A stretch of DNA of 64,000 nt from an uncultured delta proteobacterium (GTDB lineage Bacteria > Desulfobacterota > BSN033 > UBA1163), in assembly GCA_963827685.1 (NCBI GenBank), contig CAWHBU010000006.1:160001-224000 (forward strand), given 5' to 3'. Position 1 is the stretch's first letter. Each line of letters opens with the position of its first letter. A model generated the notes under the pieces. The model made no database searches. It was not told the origin of the DNA and saw only the letters and a program-made list of their open reading frames with translations. A program made the position numbers and the translations under genes. This document shows, one piece after another, positions 50,030-60,685 of the stretch.

Positions 50030-50606
50030 GAGCCGAAGGGAACCATAAGCCGAGTTCTGTCATCCCGACCCCGCTTTTCAGCGGGAATCGGGAGGATGGC
50101 CATTTATCTAGGGCCCTGATTGCCCAGGGTCTCAAGCGACCTTACCCGTTCCGCCTTTGTCCCGATGCAATAGCCTCGGGAACAAATTTGAATGGGCTTT
50201 TCTTATCCTCCCAGTGGAATAGGCGAAACCGCCATTCCACTGGGGGAAGCGGAACCTATTTGGTCTTGCTCCAGGTGGGGTTTACCTAGCTACCCCAATC
50301 GCTCAGGGTACTGGTGAGCTCTTACCTCACCTTTTCACCCTTACCCACCAAGGCTCTCGCCTTGGAGTTCGGAGTTGATAGTTCGGAGTTAAAAGCACTA
50401 AACTCTTAACTCTTCACTCATAACTCTTAACTCCCCGCTATCAGCGGGGCAGGCGGTATGTTTTCTGTGGCACTTTCCTTATCCCGCCTTAGCGGGACAG
50501 TCCGTATTACGGACCACCCTGCCCTGTGGAGCTCGGACTTTCCTCCCCTCCTGATCTCTACTTCACGTGATCTCAGAAGGAGCGACCATCTACTTCCCTT
50601 CGACTC
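50030..50606 (-). ncRNA. rnpB: RNase P RNA (type A, enlarged)
   Basis: GAGGAAAGTCCGAGCTCC, AGTGCCACAGAAA, GGTAAACCCC, ACAGAACTCGGCTTAT; complementary 5' and 3' ends. Confidence 0.95.
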
Positions 50607-50671
50607 CCCCCTTTCCTGAGATTTCTGAAAACACCTCGAGATCTCTAATCAAGAGAGCCCATCGTATTTTT

Positions 50672-51118
50672 TCAGAGCCTTCTTCCTTTTTCCTTTGCCA
50701 TCCTCTTCTGGATGGCCTGATTTGCCAAACGGTCTGCCTCTTTGTTCTCTTCCCTTGGAATGGATTGGATCTCAAAGGATGAAAAAGTTTTTAAATTCTG
50801 GAGTACTCTTTTGTGGAGAGTCTTTAAATTCAAATCCTTCACGCGATAGACCCCCTTAATTTGTCTTTCGACCAGTTCCGAATCCGTGAAGATTTTGACG
50901 GTGCCACCCCCCAATCGCTTCGCCTCCCTCAGCCCTAAAAGAAGGGCCCAGTATTCTGCCTCGTTATTCGTCTTGTGGCCGAGAAATCGGCTCACCTCCG
51001 AGACTTTCCTCCCTTCTCCATCCGTAATCCAAATTCCTGCCCCTGCCCTTCCGGGATTTCCCCTGGAGGCCCCATCAATATAAATAACCAATCGACTTTC
51101 TGGCCCCAGGGATTTCAT
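50672..51118 (-). CDS. rnhA: Ribonuclease HI (single-domain type)
   Basis: YIDGASRGNPG, TNNEAEY, DSELV, NKEADRLAN; ATGA overlap with the upstream gene. Confidence 0.9.
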   Translation of the reverse strand: MKSLGPESRLVIYIDGASRGNPGRAGAGIWITDGEGRKVSEVSRFLGHKTNNEAEYWALLLGLREAKRLGGGTVKIFTDSELVERQIKGVYRVKDLNLKTLHKRVLQNLKTFSSFEIQSIPREENKEADRLANQAIQKRMAKEKGRRL

Positions 51119-51855
51119 TTCTTGTTTCGATCTCCGTCCCAATAGAGAATTCGGTTGCAGTTGGGACACCGGACGAGGGTATTATTTTTTTGAACCTCGA
51201 TGAACATCTGAGGGGGGACGTGTACAAAACAGCCCTGGCAGGTCTCATGCTTCGCGCTGACCACACCCACCCCTTGCCTCTTTTCCTTCAGGGTGTTATA
51301 GAGCTTGAACAGTTTGGATTCGATCTGTTTGGAAAGAACCTCCCTTCGTTCCATCTGTTGGTTCCAGGCCTTCTCGTCATGGGTCATCTTTTCCTGAAGC
51401 TTTTTTCTCTCCCCTTCAATTTTTTCCAAGGTGACCCCCATTTCCTTTTCCCTTTTAGAGAGATCCTTCTTGAGCTCATCGATTTCGTCCATGACCTGGA
51501 GCACTTCCTCTTCTATCCGGCTGTTCGCCTCCTTGATGGCATCGATTTCGCTGAGGAGAGCCTGATACTCTTTGTTGGTCTTTACTTCAGACATTCTTCC
51601 TTCTGCCCGCTTGATTTTTTCTTGCTCTAAATTGAGATGTCCCTCTTTCTGCCTCCGGGCCTTCTCTAAGGATTCGATCTTTTCCTTTTCCTTCTGAATC
51701 CTTTCCTTCTCGATCTTCTGTTTCTCATCCAACTTTTTCATCTCCTTGGGATACCGATCTTTTTCCTCCTTAATACTCTTCAGTTCAAGATCAATTTTTT
51801 GAAGTTCCCAAAGCAGTTCTAATTGCTCCCTCAACCCTTGCCTCCTATCTGCCAA
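51115..51855 (-). CDS. Coiled-coil C4 zinc-ribbon protein (DUF164-type)
   Basis: Long coiled coil, CQGC..CPNCNRIL. Confidence 0.88.
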   Translation of the reverse strand: MADRRQGLREQLELLWELQKIDLELKSIKEEKDRYPKEMKKLDEKQKIEKERIQKEKEKIESLEKARRQKEGHLNLEQEKIKRAEGRMSEVKTNKEYQALLSEIDAIKEANSRIEEEVLQVMDEIDELKKDLSKREKEMGVTLEKIEGERKKLQEKMTHDEKAWNQQMERREVLSKQIESKLFKLYNTLKEKRQGVGVVSAKHETCQGCFVHVPPQMFIEVQKNNTLVRCPNCNRILYWDGDRNKK

Positions 51856-51893
51856 ATTCTGTAGGAATAGATCCTAAATGGCTCGTCCCAAAT

Positions 51894-51927
51894 AAAAAGA
51901 GTGCACCCCCTTGGGTGCACTCTTTTT
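51894..51927 (-). terminator. Intrinsic terminator after the tRNA
   Basis: AAAAAGAGTGCACCC-cctt-GGGTGCACTCTTTTT. Confidence 0.8.
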
Positions 51928-51996
51928 GTCCCGTCCAGACTCACGGAGCATCCTCTCTTTTATCCCCAAGGAGTGCATAAAAACTGTCCTCTCTCC

Positions 51997-52072
51997 TGGT
52001 GGGCCCACCTGGGTTCGAACCAGGGACCTACCGGTTATGAGCCGGTGGCTCTTCCAGCTGAGCTATGGGCCC
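51997..52072 (-). tRNA. tRNA with CAT anticodon, most likely tRNA-Ile2 (lysidine)
   Basis: GGGCCCATAGCTCAG...GGCTCATAACC...GGTTCGAACC...GGGCCCACCA, 76 nt; no initiator features; downstream of rpoD like E. coli ileX. Confidence 0.9.
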
Positions 52073-52117
52073 TCCCTTATTATAGGCTATCCCGCAAAGG
52101 TGTCAACCCCAGCTCAA

Positions 52118-52187
52118 ATGCGGATTGCGGATTGTAGATTGCGGAATTTGAATTTAAGTTTTAACTCCGCATTCCGAAACCCGAATT
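52118..52187. repeat. Heptamer-repeat hairpin (GCGGATT / TCCGCAT type)
   Basis: tgcggat tgcggat tgtagat tgcggaa ... tccgcat tccgaaa cccgaat. Confidence 0.55.
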
Positions 52188-52193
52188 AGAATA

Positions 52194-53990
52194 CTATGTT
52201 TCTAAAAAGCTCTTCAGCTTCTTGGCCCGGCTGGGATGTCGCAATTTCCTTAACGCCTTTGCCTCGATCTGTCGGATTCTCTCCCGGGTGACATCAAAAT
52301 CCTGTCCCACTTCCTCTAGCGTATGATCATATTTTTCTCCAATTCCAAACCGCATCCTCAAAACCTTCTCTTCTCTGGGGGTGAGACTGGCCAGGACTTT
52401 TCGAGTCTGTTCTGATAAATTGGCGCTGATCATTGCTTCCTGGGGAGAGATGACTCCTTTGTCTTCGATGAAATCCCCTAAGTGGCTGTCTTCCTCCTCG
52501 CCGATGGGCGTTTCAAGAGAGATGGGCTCTTTGGCAATCTTCAACACCTTCCTCACCTTATCCAAGGCCATATCCATTTTCTCAGCGATCTCTTCAGGAG
52601 TCGGCTCTCTCCCTATCTCTTGGACGAGGTATCTGGAGGTCCGGATCAATTTATTGATTGTCTCGATCATATGAACGGGGATCCGGATGGTCCGCGCCTG
52701 ATCGGCAATGGCTCGTGTGATCGCTTGCCGGATCCACCAGGTCGCGTAGGTACTAAATTTATAACCTCGTTGGTATTCAAATTTGTCCACGGCTTTCATC
52801 AATCCGATATTGCCTTCTTGAATGAGGTCTAAGAATTGCAGCCCACGATTGGTATATTTTTTGGCAATGGAGACGACCAGTCTTAGGTTCGCCTTCACCA
52901 GTTCACTCTTGGCTTCCTTGGCTTTGGTCTCCCCTTCCACGATAGCCCTCACCGCTGTCGCCAATTTGCCAGCAGTCAGGCCGCATTCCGTTTCCACCTT
53001 GTGGATCTTCTTTTGGACATTCAGGGTCGCTCTGGAAATCTCTTGGAGATCGGCTTTACTCAATTTTCGGGTTCTGAGAAGTTTTTTCTCTGTCAACCTC
53101 CTTGCCCTCAACTTCTTCAGATAGGTCCGCGCCTCCTGGACAGAAATCCCCCATTTGTCTCCAATCTTCTCAATCTCGCTTTCCCCCTTTTGCACCCGGT
53201 TCAGCATCTGTTTCATCTTTTGAATGACCTTATTAATTTGAGTGTCCCTCAGATTCATCTGGTTGAAAAATGCCAGGATCTCTTCTCGTTTCTTTTTAAT
53301 CTCTGTCTGTCTCTTTTTGTTTCCCTTCTGCTGCTGCTTCTTCATCCACTTTTGCTTCTTCTTAACCTGTTTTTGAACCTTCCTCTTCAACAGGGCCTTC
53401 CCTCTCAGGAGCCTCCGAATATCTTCATCTTTTCGCTTCATCTTTTCGATGAGGTCCAGAATCTTTTTCTTCTGGATCTGTTCTTCCTCAAAGCTTGTCT
53501 CCTCTTCATCGATCTCGTTGGTCACTTCCCGGATCTCCACCTTGCCAGCCTTAATCAGGTTACCCAGATTGATTACCTCTTTAACCGCCATGGGACAGTT
53601 CAAGACGACGCTCAGCACTTCTCTCTTACCGCTTTCAATTCTCTTGGCAATCTCCACTTCTCCTTCTCGGGTGAGGAGAGAAACGGATCCCATCTCACGG
53701 AGATACATCCGGACAGGGTCCGTGGCCCTGCCAAAAGTCTCCATTTCCAATTCATCGCCTTCCTCCTCTTCTTTCTCTACGGCCTTCTCTTCCTCCACTT
53801 TCAACCCCTGGAGGTCATCGACCACATCGATGTCCATCTCATCGAACATCATGAGGACATCATCAATCTGATCAGAGGAGACGATATCGTTGGGAGGGAT
53901 ATCACTTGCCTCATCGAAGGTTAGAAATCCCTTCTCCCCTTCCATAGGAACCAATTGCTCAACCTCTTTGATCTTTCCTCCCTTGGCCAT
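52194..53990 (-). CDS. rpoD: RNA polymerase primary sigma factor
   Basis: [47 protein letters not shown]. Confidence 0.98.
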   Translation of the reverse strand: MAKGGKIKEVEQLVPMEGEKGFLTFDEASDIPPNDIVSSDQIDDVLMMFDEMDIDVVDDLQGLKVEEEKAVEKEEEEGDELEMETFGRATDPVRMYLREMGSVSLLTREGEVEIAKRIESGKREVLSVVLNCPMAVKEVINLGNLIKAGKVEIREVTNEIDEEETSFEEEQIQKKKILDLIEKMKRKDEDIRRLLRGKALLKRKVQKQVKKKQKWMKKQQQKGNKKRQTEIKKKREEILAFFNQMNLRDTQINKVIQKMKQMLNRVQKGESEIEKIGDKWGISVQEARTYLKKLRARRLTEKKLLRTRKLSKADLQEISRATLNVQKKIHKVETECGLTAGKLATAVRAIVEGETKAKEAKSELVKANLRLVVSIAKKYTNRGLQFLDLIQEGNIGLMKAVDKFEYQRGYKFSTYATWWIRQAITRAIADQARTIRIPVHMIETINKLIRTSRYLVQEIGREPTPEEIAEKMDMALDKVRKVLKIAKEPISLETPIGEEEDSHLGDFIEDKGVISPQEAMISANLSEQTRKVLASLTPREEKVLRMRFGIGEKYDHTLEEVGQDFDVTRERIRQIEAKALRKLRHPSRAKKLKSFLET

Positions 53991-54001
53991 GAACCCCTCT
54001 C

Positions 54002-55804
54002 CTACCCTTTCCGAAGGCTATCTTTTTGAAGGTCTTTCTCCCTCTTCGCCAGTTCCTGGTGCTCCCTTAAAAGAGGGACGAGCCTTTTCCCCTCTGGTTG
54101 TTTCTCGGCCTCTTTAATTCTCTTGAGCAACTCGCCTTTTTCCTTTTTTAGCCTCTTTTCACGAATCTTTTGGATACAGTCCTGCAAGATCTTTGCTCGA
54201 TCTCCTCCCTCCAGTCCACCTTCCTGAAAGGCAAACTCACACAACCTCCCTTTGAGATCTTCCTCAAAATGGGCTAAGGCTTCCGGCAGATCAAGCCTTC
54301 CTTTTTTCTGATAAAGACCTTCCAGCGCCTCAGCGATGCTTTGTAGGATCGGGCTCTCAAACTCCTTCAGGATACCCTCCTTTGAAATGCCTGGGATGAC
54401 TTCAGGATGGTGAACCATGAGACGAATCACCATTTCTTCTGACTTTGGAAAAGCCCTCTCTGTGGATGCCTTCTTAAAATCCTCTCCCGCCTTGGACGGC
54501 CCCTTGGGGGAGGATTGGAGCATCTCATAAAGAAAGGATTCTTTGACGTCCAGCCTCTCTGCCAAAGCCTTCGCATAAAAATCTCTTCGAATCTTGTCTG
54601 GGATCTTATTGAGAAGGGCCACGCCTTCTTTCGCTATTCTAACCTTGCCGTCGACGGATTTCACATCATAGGTCTTCATCAGTTGTTCAAAAAAGAAATC
54701 AACGAGGGGTACAGCACGCTCGACCCTTTTCCCGAAGTCTTCCAAATTTCCTTTTCTTAGAAACCCATCCGGGTCCTCCCCTTTCGGAAGGACGACCGTC
54801 TTTCCCACCACTTCCTCTTCTAAGAAGAGAGGAAGGGAGCGAAGGGTCGCCTGGACCCCTGCCTGGTCCGCATCAAATAGGGTGATCAAATTTTTTGTAT
54901 ATCGCTTTAGGGTTCGAATATGTTGTGCGGTCAGCGCCGTTCCTAACGTGGCAACACTATGCTTCAATCCATATTGGTGGAGGGTTAACAGATCAAAATA
55001 ACCTTCGACAATGACAACACAATCCTTCTCTGTAGCATAACGCTTGGCCACCTGCAGGCCATAGAGGACCTCTCCTTTATGATAGATACTCGATTCAGGA
55101 GAATTGAGATACTTGGGTTCCCCCTCTCTGATCACCCTTCCCCCGAATCCAACGATCCGTTGATGGAGGTCAAAGATGGGAAAGAGGATCCTCCCTCGAA
55201 AGGCATCGTACCAGCCTTCTCTCTTCTTGGGAAAGATCAAACCCAGTTCCCAGGCCAGCTCGAGAGAAACTTTCTTCTCCTGCAGATGCTGGACCAATCC
55301 ATCCCAGCGGTCGGTGGAATATCCTAACCCATGTTCCCCAATGATCTCCTGGCTGATCCCCCTTTGGGATAAATACTTCCTACCCAGTTCGCCCTCTCGC
55401 CGCTTCGCCAAGAGATCGCCAAAATATTCTGAGGCGATCTGATTGATCTGGAAGAGGACCTCTCGCTTCGCCATCTCCTTCTTTTGGGTTGCAGAAAGTT
55501 CACGGGCAGGGAGCTTTACGCCATAGCGTTTTGCCAATTCCTCCACGGCCTGTGGAAAAGAAAAATGCCCCGCCTTCATTAAAAAGGTGAAGACATCTCC
55601 TCCTTCCCCGCAACCGAAACAGTGGAAGATTTGCTTTTCCTCATTGATCATAAAGGAGGGGGTCTTTTCGGAATGGAATGGACAGAGTCCCTTATAGTTC
55701 TTCCCCGTCTTTTTAAGGGCCACATAATCCGAGACCACTTCCAAAATGCTGGACCGGTCCCGAATTTCCGAAACCTTTTCTTCGGATAAAAATCCCGTAG
55801 CCAA
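54002..55804 (-). CDS. dnaG: DNA primase
   Basis: [37 protein letters not shown]. Confidence 0.98.
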   Translation of the reverse strand: MATGFLSEEKVSEIRDRSSILEVVSDYVALKKTGKNYKGLCPFHSEKTPSFMINEEKQIFHCFGCGEGGDVFTFLMKAGHFSFPQAVEELAKRYGVKLPARELSATQKKEMAKREVLFQINQIASEYFGDLLAKRREGELGRKYLSQRGISQEIIGEHGLGYSTDRWDGLVQHLQEKKVSLELAWELGLIFPKKREGWYDAFRGRILFPIFDLHQRIVGFGGRVIREGEPKYLNSPESSIYHKGEVLYGLQVAKRYATEKDCVVIVEGYFDLLTLHQYGLKHSVATLGTALTAQHIRTLKRYTKNLITLFDADQAGVQATLRSLPLFLEEEVVGKTVVLPKGEDPDGFLRKGNLEDFGKRVERAVPLVDFFFEQLMKTYDVKSVDGKVRIAKEGVALLNKIPDKIRRDFYAKALAERLDVKESFLYEMLQSSPKGPSKAGEDFKKASTERAFPKSEEMVIRLMVHHPEVIPGISKEGILKEFESPILQSIAEALEGLYQKKGRLDLPEALAHFEEDLKGRLCEFAFQEGGLEGGDRAKILQDCIQKIREKRLKKEKGELLKRIKEAEKQPEGKRLVPLLREHQELAKREKDLQKDSLRKG

Positions 55805-55836
55805 ACGATTTCTCCCCTAAGAAAGTCCTGCCATTT

Positions 55837-56012
55837 ACCCCGTTAGAAAGGCCCTCCATGTATCACGAGGATGACATGAATAAAGATTCAATTCCTTGCC
55901 CCGGTAAAAAAACCACGTATTTTCTAACGGGGTTAATGGAGGGGATAATATAATAAAATGTTTCAGCTTCTTATTGAGGAAGAGGTCGAAACCCTGCTCC
56001 TTCTAACGGGGT
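55837..56012. repeat. Small palindromic intergenic element
   Basis: ACCCCGTTAGAAA (55837) / TTTCTAACGGGGT (55921), third half-site TTCTAACGGGGT (56001). Confidence 0.55.
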
Positions 56013-58361
56013 TTACCTCAATTCCACGATCGTGATCCCACGACCACCTTTCAGCGTCTCCCCAGGAGAACAACTCTTAACAGCCCGATGTCCCTTCAGG
56101 TATCGACCGATTGCATTTCGCAACCTCCCGGAACCCACTCCATGGATAATTTGGACTTTCTCCAATCCATGGAGAAGGGCTTGATCGATAAATTTATCAA
56201 CCTTGGGAAGGGCATCCTCTACGGTCAGACCGATGACATTTAATTCAGAAGAGGGCTCCTCGCCAACCCCTTTCAAAAAGGGCTGCCCGTTCTGAATCCC
56301 TCTCTCTTTTTTCTTTTCCCCGTCCGTCATCTGAATAATCTCAGAGAGAGGGGCTTTCACTTTGGCTCTGTCCGTCAACACCTCCGCTCGATTCAACGGT
56401 TTGACGACATTCGTCAGAATCCCATCGCTCCGAAGGCTCTCAATTCTAACACGCTCCCCCACCTTCAAGCCACCCGGGATCGCAGAGCGTCCTTTTCTTC
56501 TGAGGGGTGGGAAAAATTTCTCTTTGATCTCCTGGAGTTCTTTACGCTGAAGGCCGAGAGGGGGTTCCTCTTTCCTGCGACGAACCCATTCTTTCAACTC
56601 CTCCTCAATCTTCTGGACCGCCTTTCTTGCCTTCTCTTCAGCCTTGGAATAAATTTCCAGTCTCCTCTCCTTGATTGTCTCCAGTATTTTTTTCAGTCTC
56701 TGCTGTTCAAGCCCAACCTCCTCCTTCATCTTGGACGCTTGCAGCTTTTCTCTTTCCGCATCCCTCTTCAACCTCTCCAAGGTCTCTAAAGCGCGGGCTA
56801 CTTCTTCACCGCTTCCATCTTGATAAGTATGGGCTGCTTCGAGGACCTTTTCTGAAATCCCCAGTTTCTCAGCAATGAGAAAGGCATTGCTCACCCCTGA
56901 CGTTCCATAGGTAAGTGTATACTTGGGCTCCAAGGTCTCCTCATCAAACTCAACCGCCACATTCTCCGCATCTGGATGAAGGTAGCCATAGGCTTTAAGC
57001 CGATCGAAGTGAGTGGTGACCACCACCGAGGCCCCGCTCTCTCGGAATCGATCCAAAAAGCCCATGGCCAGCGCGCATCCCTCTTGGGCGTGGGTTCCCA
57101 CTCCCAGTTCATCCAAAAGGACGAGGGAATGGGGCCCTGCTTTTTCTAAGATTTGACTCACATGGAGGAGATGACTGGAGAAGGTGCTCAGATTTTCTTC
57201 GATATTCTGTTCGTCGCCGATCACTGCAAAGATGTCTTGGAAGATCCCAACCCGGCTTCCCTCTGCGACAGGGATGGGGAGGCCGGACTGTACCATTAAG
57301 GTGAGAAGTCCCAATGTCTTCAGAGCCACCGTCTTCCCACCTGCATTCGCTCCGCTCACAATGAGAACCCTCTTCCCATCTCCCATGCGGAGGTGGATGG
57401 GAACCACCTGATCTTCACGTTGAAGCGTGAGGAGAGGATTTCGAGCTTCCCTCATCTCAATCCTGCTCTCCTCATTCAAGAGAGGGCAAACCCCTTTCAA
57501 GCGGAGGGAGAGATTTGCCATTGCAAAGAGAAGATCCAGTTCACCCAAACTTTCAAAGTCGTTCCATAGGTTCTGCCTTTCCTCTCGAATTTTATCCGAA
57601 AGATCTGCCAGAATTCGATATTCTTCCTCTTTCTCCTCTCCCATGAGGATATTGATCTCGTTGTTAAGAGCCACGGCTTGAAGGGGTTCGAAGAAGAAGG
57701 TCATCCGGCTTTGGGACTGATCATGGATGATCCCTTCCAGCCGATTTTCAGAATCGGATTTGATCAGAACAACGTATCGTCCGTTTCTTAAAGTAATAAA
57801 CTGTTCCTGAAAGATGGACTGAAGATTTTCTTGATGGAGAAGGGATTCGAGCACTCCCTTCGCCCTTTCTCTAACCCCTCCCAGCCGGTGGCGGATATCC
57901 AAAAGGGCTGGGCTGGCTCGGTCGAGAATCTCACCTTTTGTATTGATCGCCTGAAGGATCTCCTTCTCCAATGCCTTTTGGTTAGAAAGCCTGGAGATCT
58001 TTTCCTGAAGATGAGGAACTTTAGGAGGCTCCAGCTTTTGGAAGAATCGCCTGAGGCCTTTGCACAATACCATCTGATGATAGAGATCCAATAATTCCTG
58101 AACATCGAGAGTGGATCCCTCGACTTCTAATTTATTTAGAATTCCCCCAATATCTTTCAACCCTCTCAAGGGAATTTCTCCCTCTGTTTCAAGGATTTTT
58201 TTAAGCTCCATCACGACAGCCAATCGGGATTGAATCAAAGGAAGGTCTCTGGAAGGTCTCAAGGCCTCGCAGCGTTTTCGGCCTAAGGAGGAGATAGAAT
58301 ACTCTTTCAAGATATCTAATAGATGATAAAACTCTAAAAGCTTGAGGGAACGATCATCCAT
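56013..58361 (-). CDS. mutS2: Endonuclease MutS2
   Basis: SGANAGGKT, LSTFSSH, DELGVGT, TTH, C-terminal Smr IIHGVGSG. Confidence 0.95.
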   Translation of the reverse strand: MDDRSLKLLEFYHLLDILKEYSISSLGRKRCEALRPSRDLPLIQSRLAVVMELKKILETEGEIPLRGLKDIGGILNKLEVEGSTLDVQELLDLYHQMVLCKGLRRFFQKLEPPKVPHLQEKISRLSNQKALEKEILQAINTKGEILDRASPALLDIRHRLGGVRERAKGVLESLLHQENLQSIFQEQFITLRNGRYVVLIKSDSENRLEGIIHDQSQSRMTFFFEPLQAVALNNEINILMGEEKEEEYRILADLSDKIREERQNLWNDFESLGELDLLFAMANLSLRLKGVCPLLNEESRIEMREARNPLLTLQREDQVVPIHLRMGDGKRVLIVSGANAGGKTVALKTLGLLTLMVQSGLPIPVAEGSRVGIFQDIFAVIGDEQNIEENLSTFSSHLLHVSQILEKAGPHSLVLLDELGVGTHAQEGCALAMGFLDRFRESGASVVVTTHFDRLKAYGYLHPDAENVAVEFDEETLEPKYTLTYGTSGVSNAFLIAEKLGISEKVLEAAHTYQDGSGEEVARALETLERLKRDAEREKLQASKMKEEVGLEQQRLKKILETIKERRLEIYSKAEEKARKAVQKIEEELKEWVRRRKEEPPLGLQRKELQEIKEKFFPPLRRKGRSAIPGGLKVGERVRIESLRSDGILTNVVKPLNRAEVLTDRAKVKAPLSEIIQMTDGEKKKERGIQNGQPFLKGVGEEPSSELNVIGLTVEDALPKVDKFIDQALLHGLEKVQIIHGVGSGRLRNAIGRYLKGHRAVKSCSPGETLKGGRGITIVELR

Positions 58362-58412
58362 AGAGCATAAAGCGTGAAAAAAGGAATTGGACTACCTATC
58401 GAGAGGGGGAAT

Positions 58413-58859
58413 TTATGGGGAAAGCCTTTCTTTCACCAATTGATTAATCAGTCTTCCATCGGCTTTCCCCCCAATTTTGGGCATGACTGATTTCATCACT
58501 TTTCCTATGTCCTTGGGGGATGAAGCTTGGGTCTCTTGAATGCTTTGATCAATGATATTTAATATCTCTTCCTGGCTAAGGGGTTGAGGTAAAAAAGATT
58601 TTAGTATTTCTATCTCCTTTTTCTCCTTCTCGACAAGGTCCACCCGTCCACCTGTCTGAAATTGTTCAACAGACTCTTCACCCTTTCTCATCATCACCTG
58701 AATCACCTTTATCACCTCTTCATCCTCCAATTTCTTTCTCAGTTCAATCTCCTTATTTTTCACCGCTGAACGAATCATCCGGATGGTGGAAAGGCGCAAT
58801 TTGTCATTGGATTTCATGGCTCGTTTCATTTCCTCGACCAGCTTCTCTTCCAAGCTCAT
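58413..58859 (-). CDS. GatB/YqeY domain protein
   Basis: MKRAMK..RLSTIRM, LPQPLS, GKVM, GKADG. Confidence 0.92.
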   Translation of the reverse strand: MSLEEKLVEEMKRAMKSNDKLRLSTIRMIRSAVKNKEIELRKKLEDEEVIKVIQVMMRKGEESVEQFQTGGRVDLVEKEKKEIEILKSFLPQPLSQEEILNIIDQSIQETQASSPKDIGKVMKSVMPKIGGKADGRLINQLVKERLSP

Positions 58860-58862
58860 CCT

Positions 58863-59066
58863 TTATCCCCTCTCCGTCATTTTCCTCATTCTTTTCATTG
58901 CCCTTTTCTTGGCGGCCAATGCTTTCTTCTTTCGCTTTATGCTGGGTTTCTCGAAATGCTCCCTTTTCCGAACCTCCGACAATATCCCTGTTTTTTCTAC
59001 CTGTTTTTTAAACCGCCTGAGTGCACTTTCAAAAGATTCGTTCTCCTTAATCTTAATCCCTGGCAT
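58863..59066 (-). CDS. rpsU: 30S ribosomal protein S21
   Basis: [16 protein letters not shown]. Confidence 0.97.
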   Translation of the reverse strand: MPGIKIKENESFESALRRFKKQVEKTGILSEVRKREHFEKPSIKRKKKALAAKKRAMKRMRKMTERG

Positions 59067-59106
59067 CCATCTTCCCCCTCCTTTCACGAAGGATTTTAAA
59101 CATGTA

Positions 59107-59134
59107 ATTATATTATTTCATGTTATAAAGTCAA
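59107..59134 (-). promoter_or_regulatory. Sigma70 promoter of the rpsU operon
   Basis: TTGACT-N16-TATAAT on the minus strand. Confidence 0.6.
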
Positions 59135-59150
59135 CTATTTTTATCGCTTC

Positions 59151-60580
59151 TGTCAAGCCAAAATAGAAATGTCCTCTTCTTACCAAAATAGAAATGTCCT
59201 ATTCTTCAGATTTGAGATTCTAAGAGTTTTTCTCTGTTATAGGGATGTTTCCTAATCTTGAACTTCCTCCAAGGATGATCAGCCGGAGGAATGTAAGTCT
59301 TCCTCCTTCTCACAATAGCCGGCTGTTTCTTCTCTCTTAGTGGTCTCTCAGTGATCTCTTTAAATCTCAAAGCTCGACCTTTATGGGTCATGACCATTGA
59401 TCCGTCGATTCGATCCTGAACCATCACCTTGGAGGCCTTGATCGTATCCTCAACCTGATAGAGCTTCCTGTTATGAGCCACCGTAAAGTCATTTCTCAGT
59501 GCTCGCTCTGTCTTAATGCATAAGATCGCATCCAGATCCACCCCCTTAGGTAAGGGCCTGTGGAAATCGTCTTTCTCCTGGGGCCAAACAGAGAACCTCT
59601 TGTTATAGAGAGGAAGATATTCCTCTAAGAACTGATTGCCTTCCTCAATCGTCCTGATCCCTCTTAAACGCATCTCCTTGACCAGCCTGTCCTGAAGGGT
59701 CCGAAAGAGTCGTTCAATCCGCCCCTTGGCCTGCGGCGAATGGGCATGACTGACCTCTACCCCCAACTCTTTTAAGGCCCTCTCAAACTCACTTAACGGC
59801 CCCACGTCATTTAACTCGTCCTCGATCGTTGGCTTGGCCGTCGACTTATAGGTCGAATGCTTATCCAAATACACCTTCATCGGTAAACCGTTTTTCTTGA
59901 TATAACGCTTGAAGCTATCCATCGCCGGGATCGTCCCCTCATACTCATAGAACCTCCCAAAGGCTTCCCCGGTAGCATCGTCAATATAGCTCATCAGAAC
60001 ACAGGGGCCACCTCTGTCCTCAAACCAAGCGTGATGGGACCCGTCCATCTGTACCATCTCGCCGTAATGATGCTTCCGCTCCCTCCACTGACGATGCCTC
60101 CCTCTCTTGCGGCTCTTCTTCCAATCCCCCGCCTCGATGAGCCACCTCCGTAAGGTCTCATCACTGATCTCTATCCTACCCCTTTCCAGAAGCTTCTCCG
60201 AGGCCAGGGTCGGCCCAAAACCCTTGTACTGTGCCCGGTAAAGTCGGATCACCCTGTCCTTAATCTTATAGGGTATCCTCCGGTTTGATGGCCTCCCTCT
60301 CGATTTGTGTATGACTCCCCTGTTCCCTTCATTCCTGATCCGCTTCACGATCCTCCGAATTTGCCTACCACTCAAGGAAAGAATCTCTGCTGCCTCTACC
60401 CGCTTGATGACCCTCTCCAGGACCTTCTGGATGACATGTAACCGCTTTAACTCTCCCTGACGTACCATGATCATGTCCTCTCCTGCCATCATGCCCTCCT
60501 CTGAAAAAGGGCATCTTAGCATGTCGAAAAGAGGACATTTCTAAATTGGTCAATTAGGACATTATCATTTTGGGATTACA
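59151..60580 (-). mobile_element. IS1202-family (ISNCY) insertion sequence, 1430 bp, 16-bp target duplication
   Basis: TGT...ACA ends, subterminal repeats AAAATAGAAATGTCCT x2 and AGGACATT x2, flanking CTATTTTTATCGCTTC at 59135-59150 and 60581-60596. Confidence 0.92.
59206..60492 (-). CDS. DDE transposase (IS1202/IS481-like)
   Basis: GEMVQMDGSHH, IDDATG, YLDKHS, PQAKGRIER. Confidence 0.95.
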   Translation of the reverse strand: MMAGEDMIMVRQGELKRLHVIQKVLERVIKRVEAAEILSLSGRQIRRIVKRIRNEGNRGVIHKSRGRPSNRRIPYKIKDRVIRLYRAQYKGFGPTLASEKLLERGRIEISDETLRRWLIEAGDWKKSRKRGRHRQWRERKHHYGEMVQMDGSHHAWFEDRGGPCVLMSYIDDATGEAFGRFYEYEGTIPAMDSFKRYIKKNGLPMKVYLDKHSTYKSTAKPTIEDELNDVGPLSEFERALKELGVEVSHAHSPQAKGRIERLFRTLQDRLVKEMRLRGIRTIEEGNQFLEEYLPLYNKRFSVWPQEKDDFHRPLPKGVDLDAILCIKTERALRNDFTVAHNRKLYQVEDTIKASKVMVQDRIDGSMVMTHKGRALRFKEITERPLREKKQPAIVRRRKTYIPPADHPWRKFKIRKHPYNREKLLESQI

Positions 60581-60685
60581 CTATTTTTATCGCTTCTCTA
60601 CTTTCCCCTTGACAAAGGACTCCGACTCTTTTAACGTCTCAACTTATACAACAATCTTGCCTGTTCCTCATACGAAGCAACCAAA

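Noticed and set aside
53001-53924. 307-aa plus-strand ORF and many other antisense ORFs in the track
   Set aside because: Shadow ORFs opposite well-supported genes (rpoD, mdtAB, ntrY, aor).
56013-59066. mutS2 and yqeY inside the rpsU-dnaG-rpoD operon
   Set aside because: This order is ordinary for deltaproteobacterial genomes.
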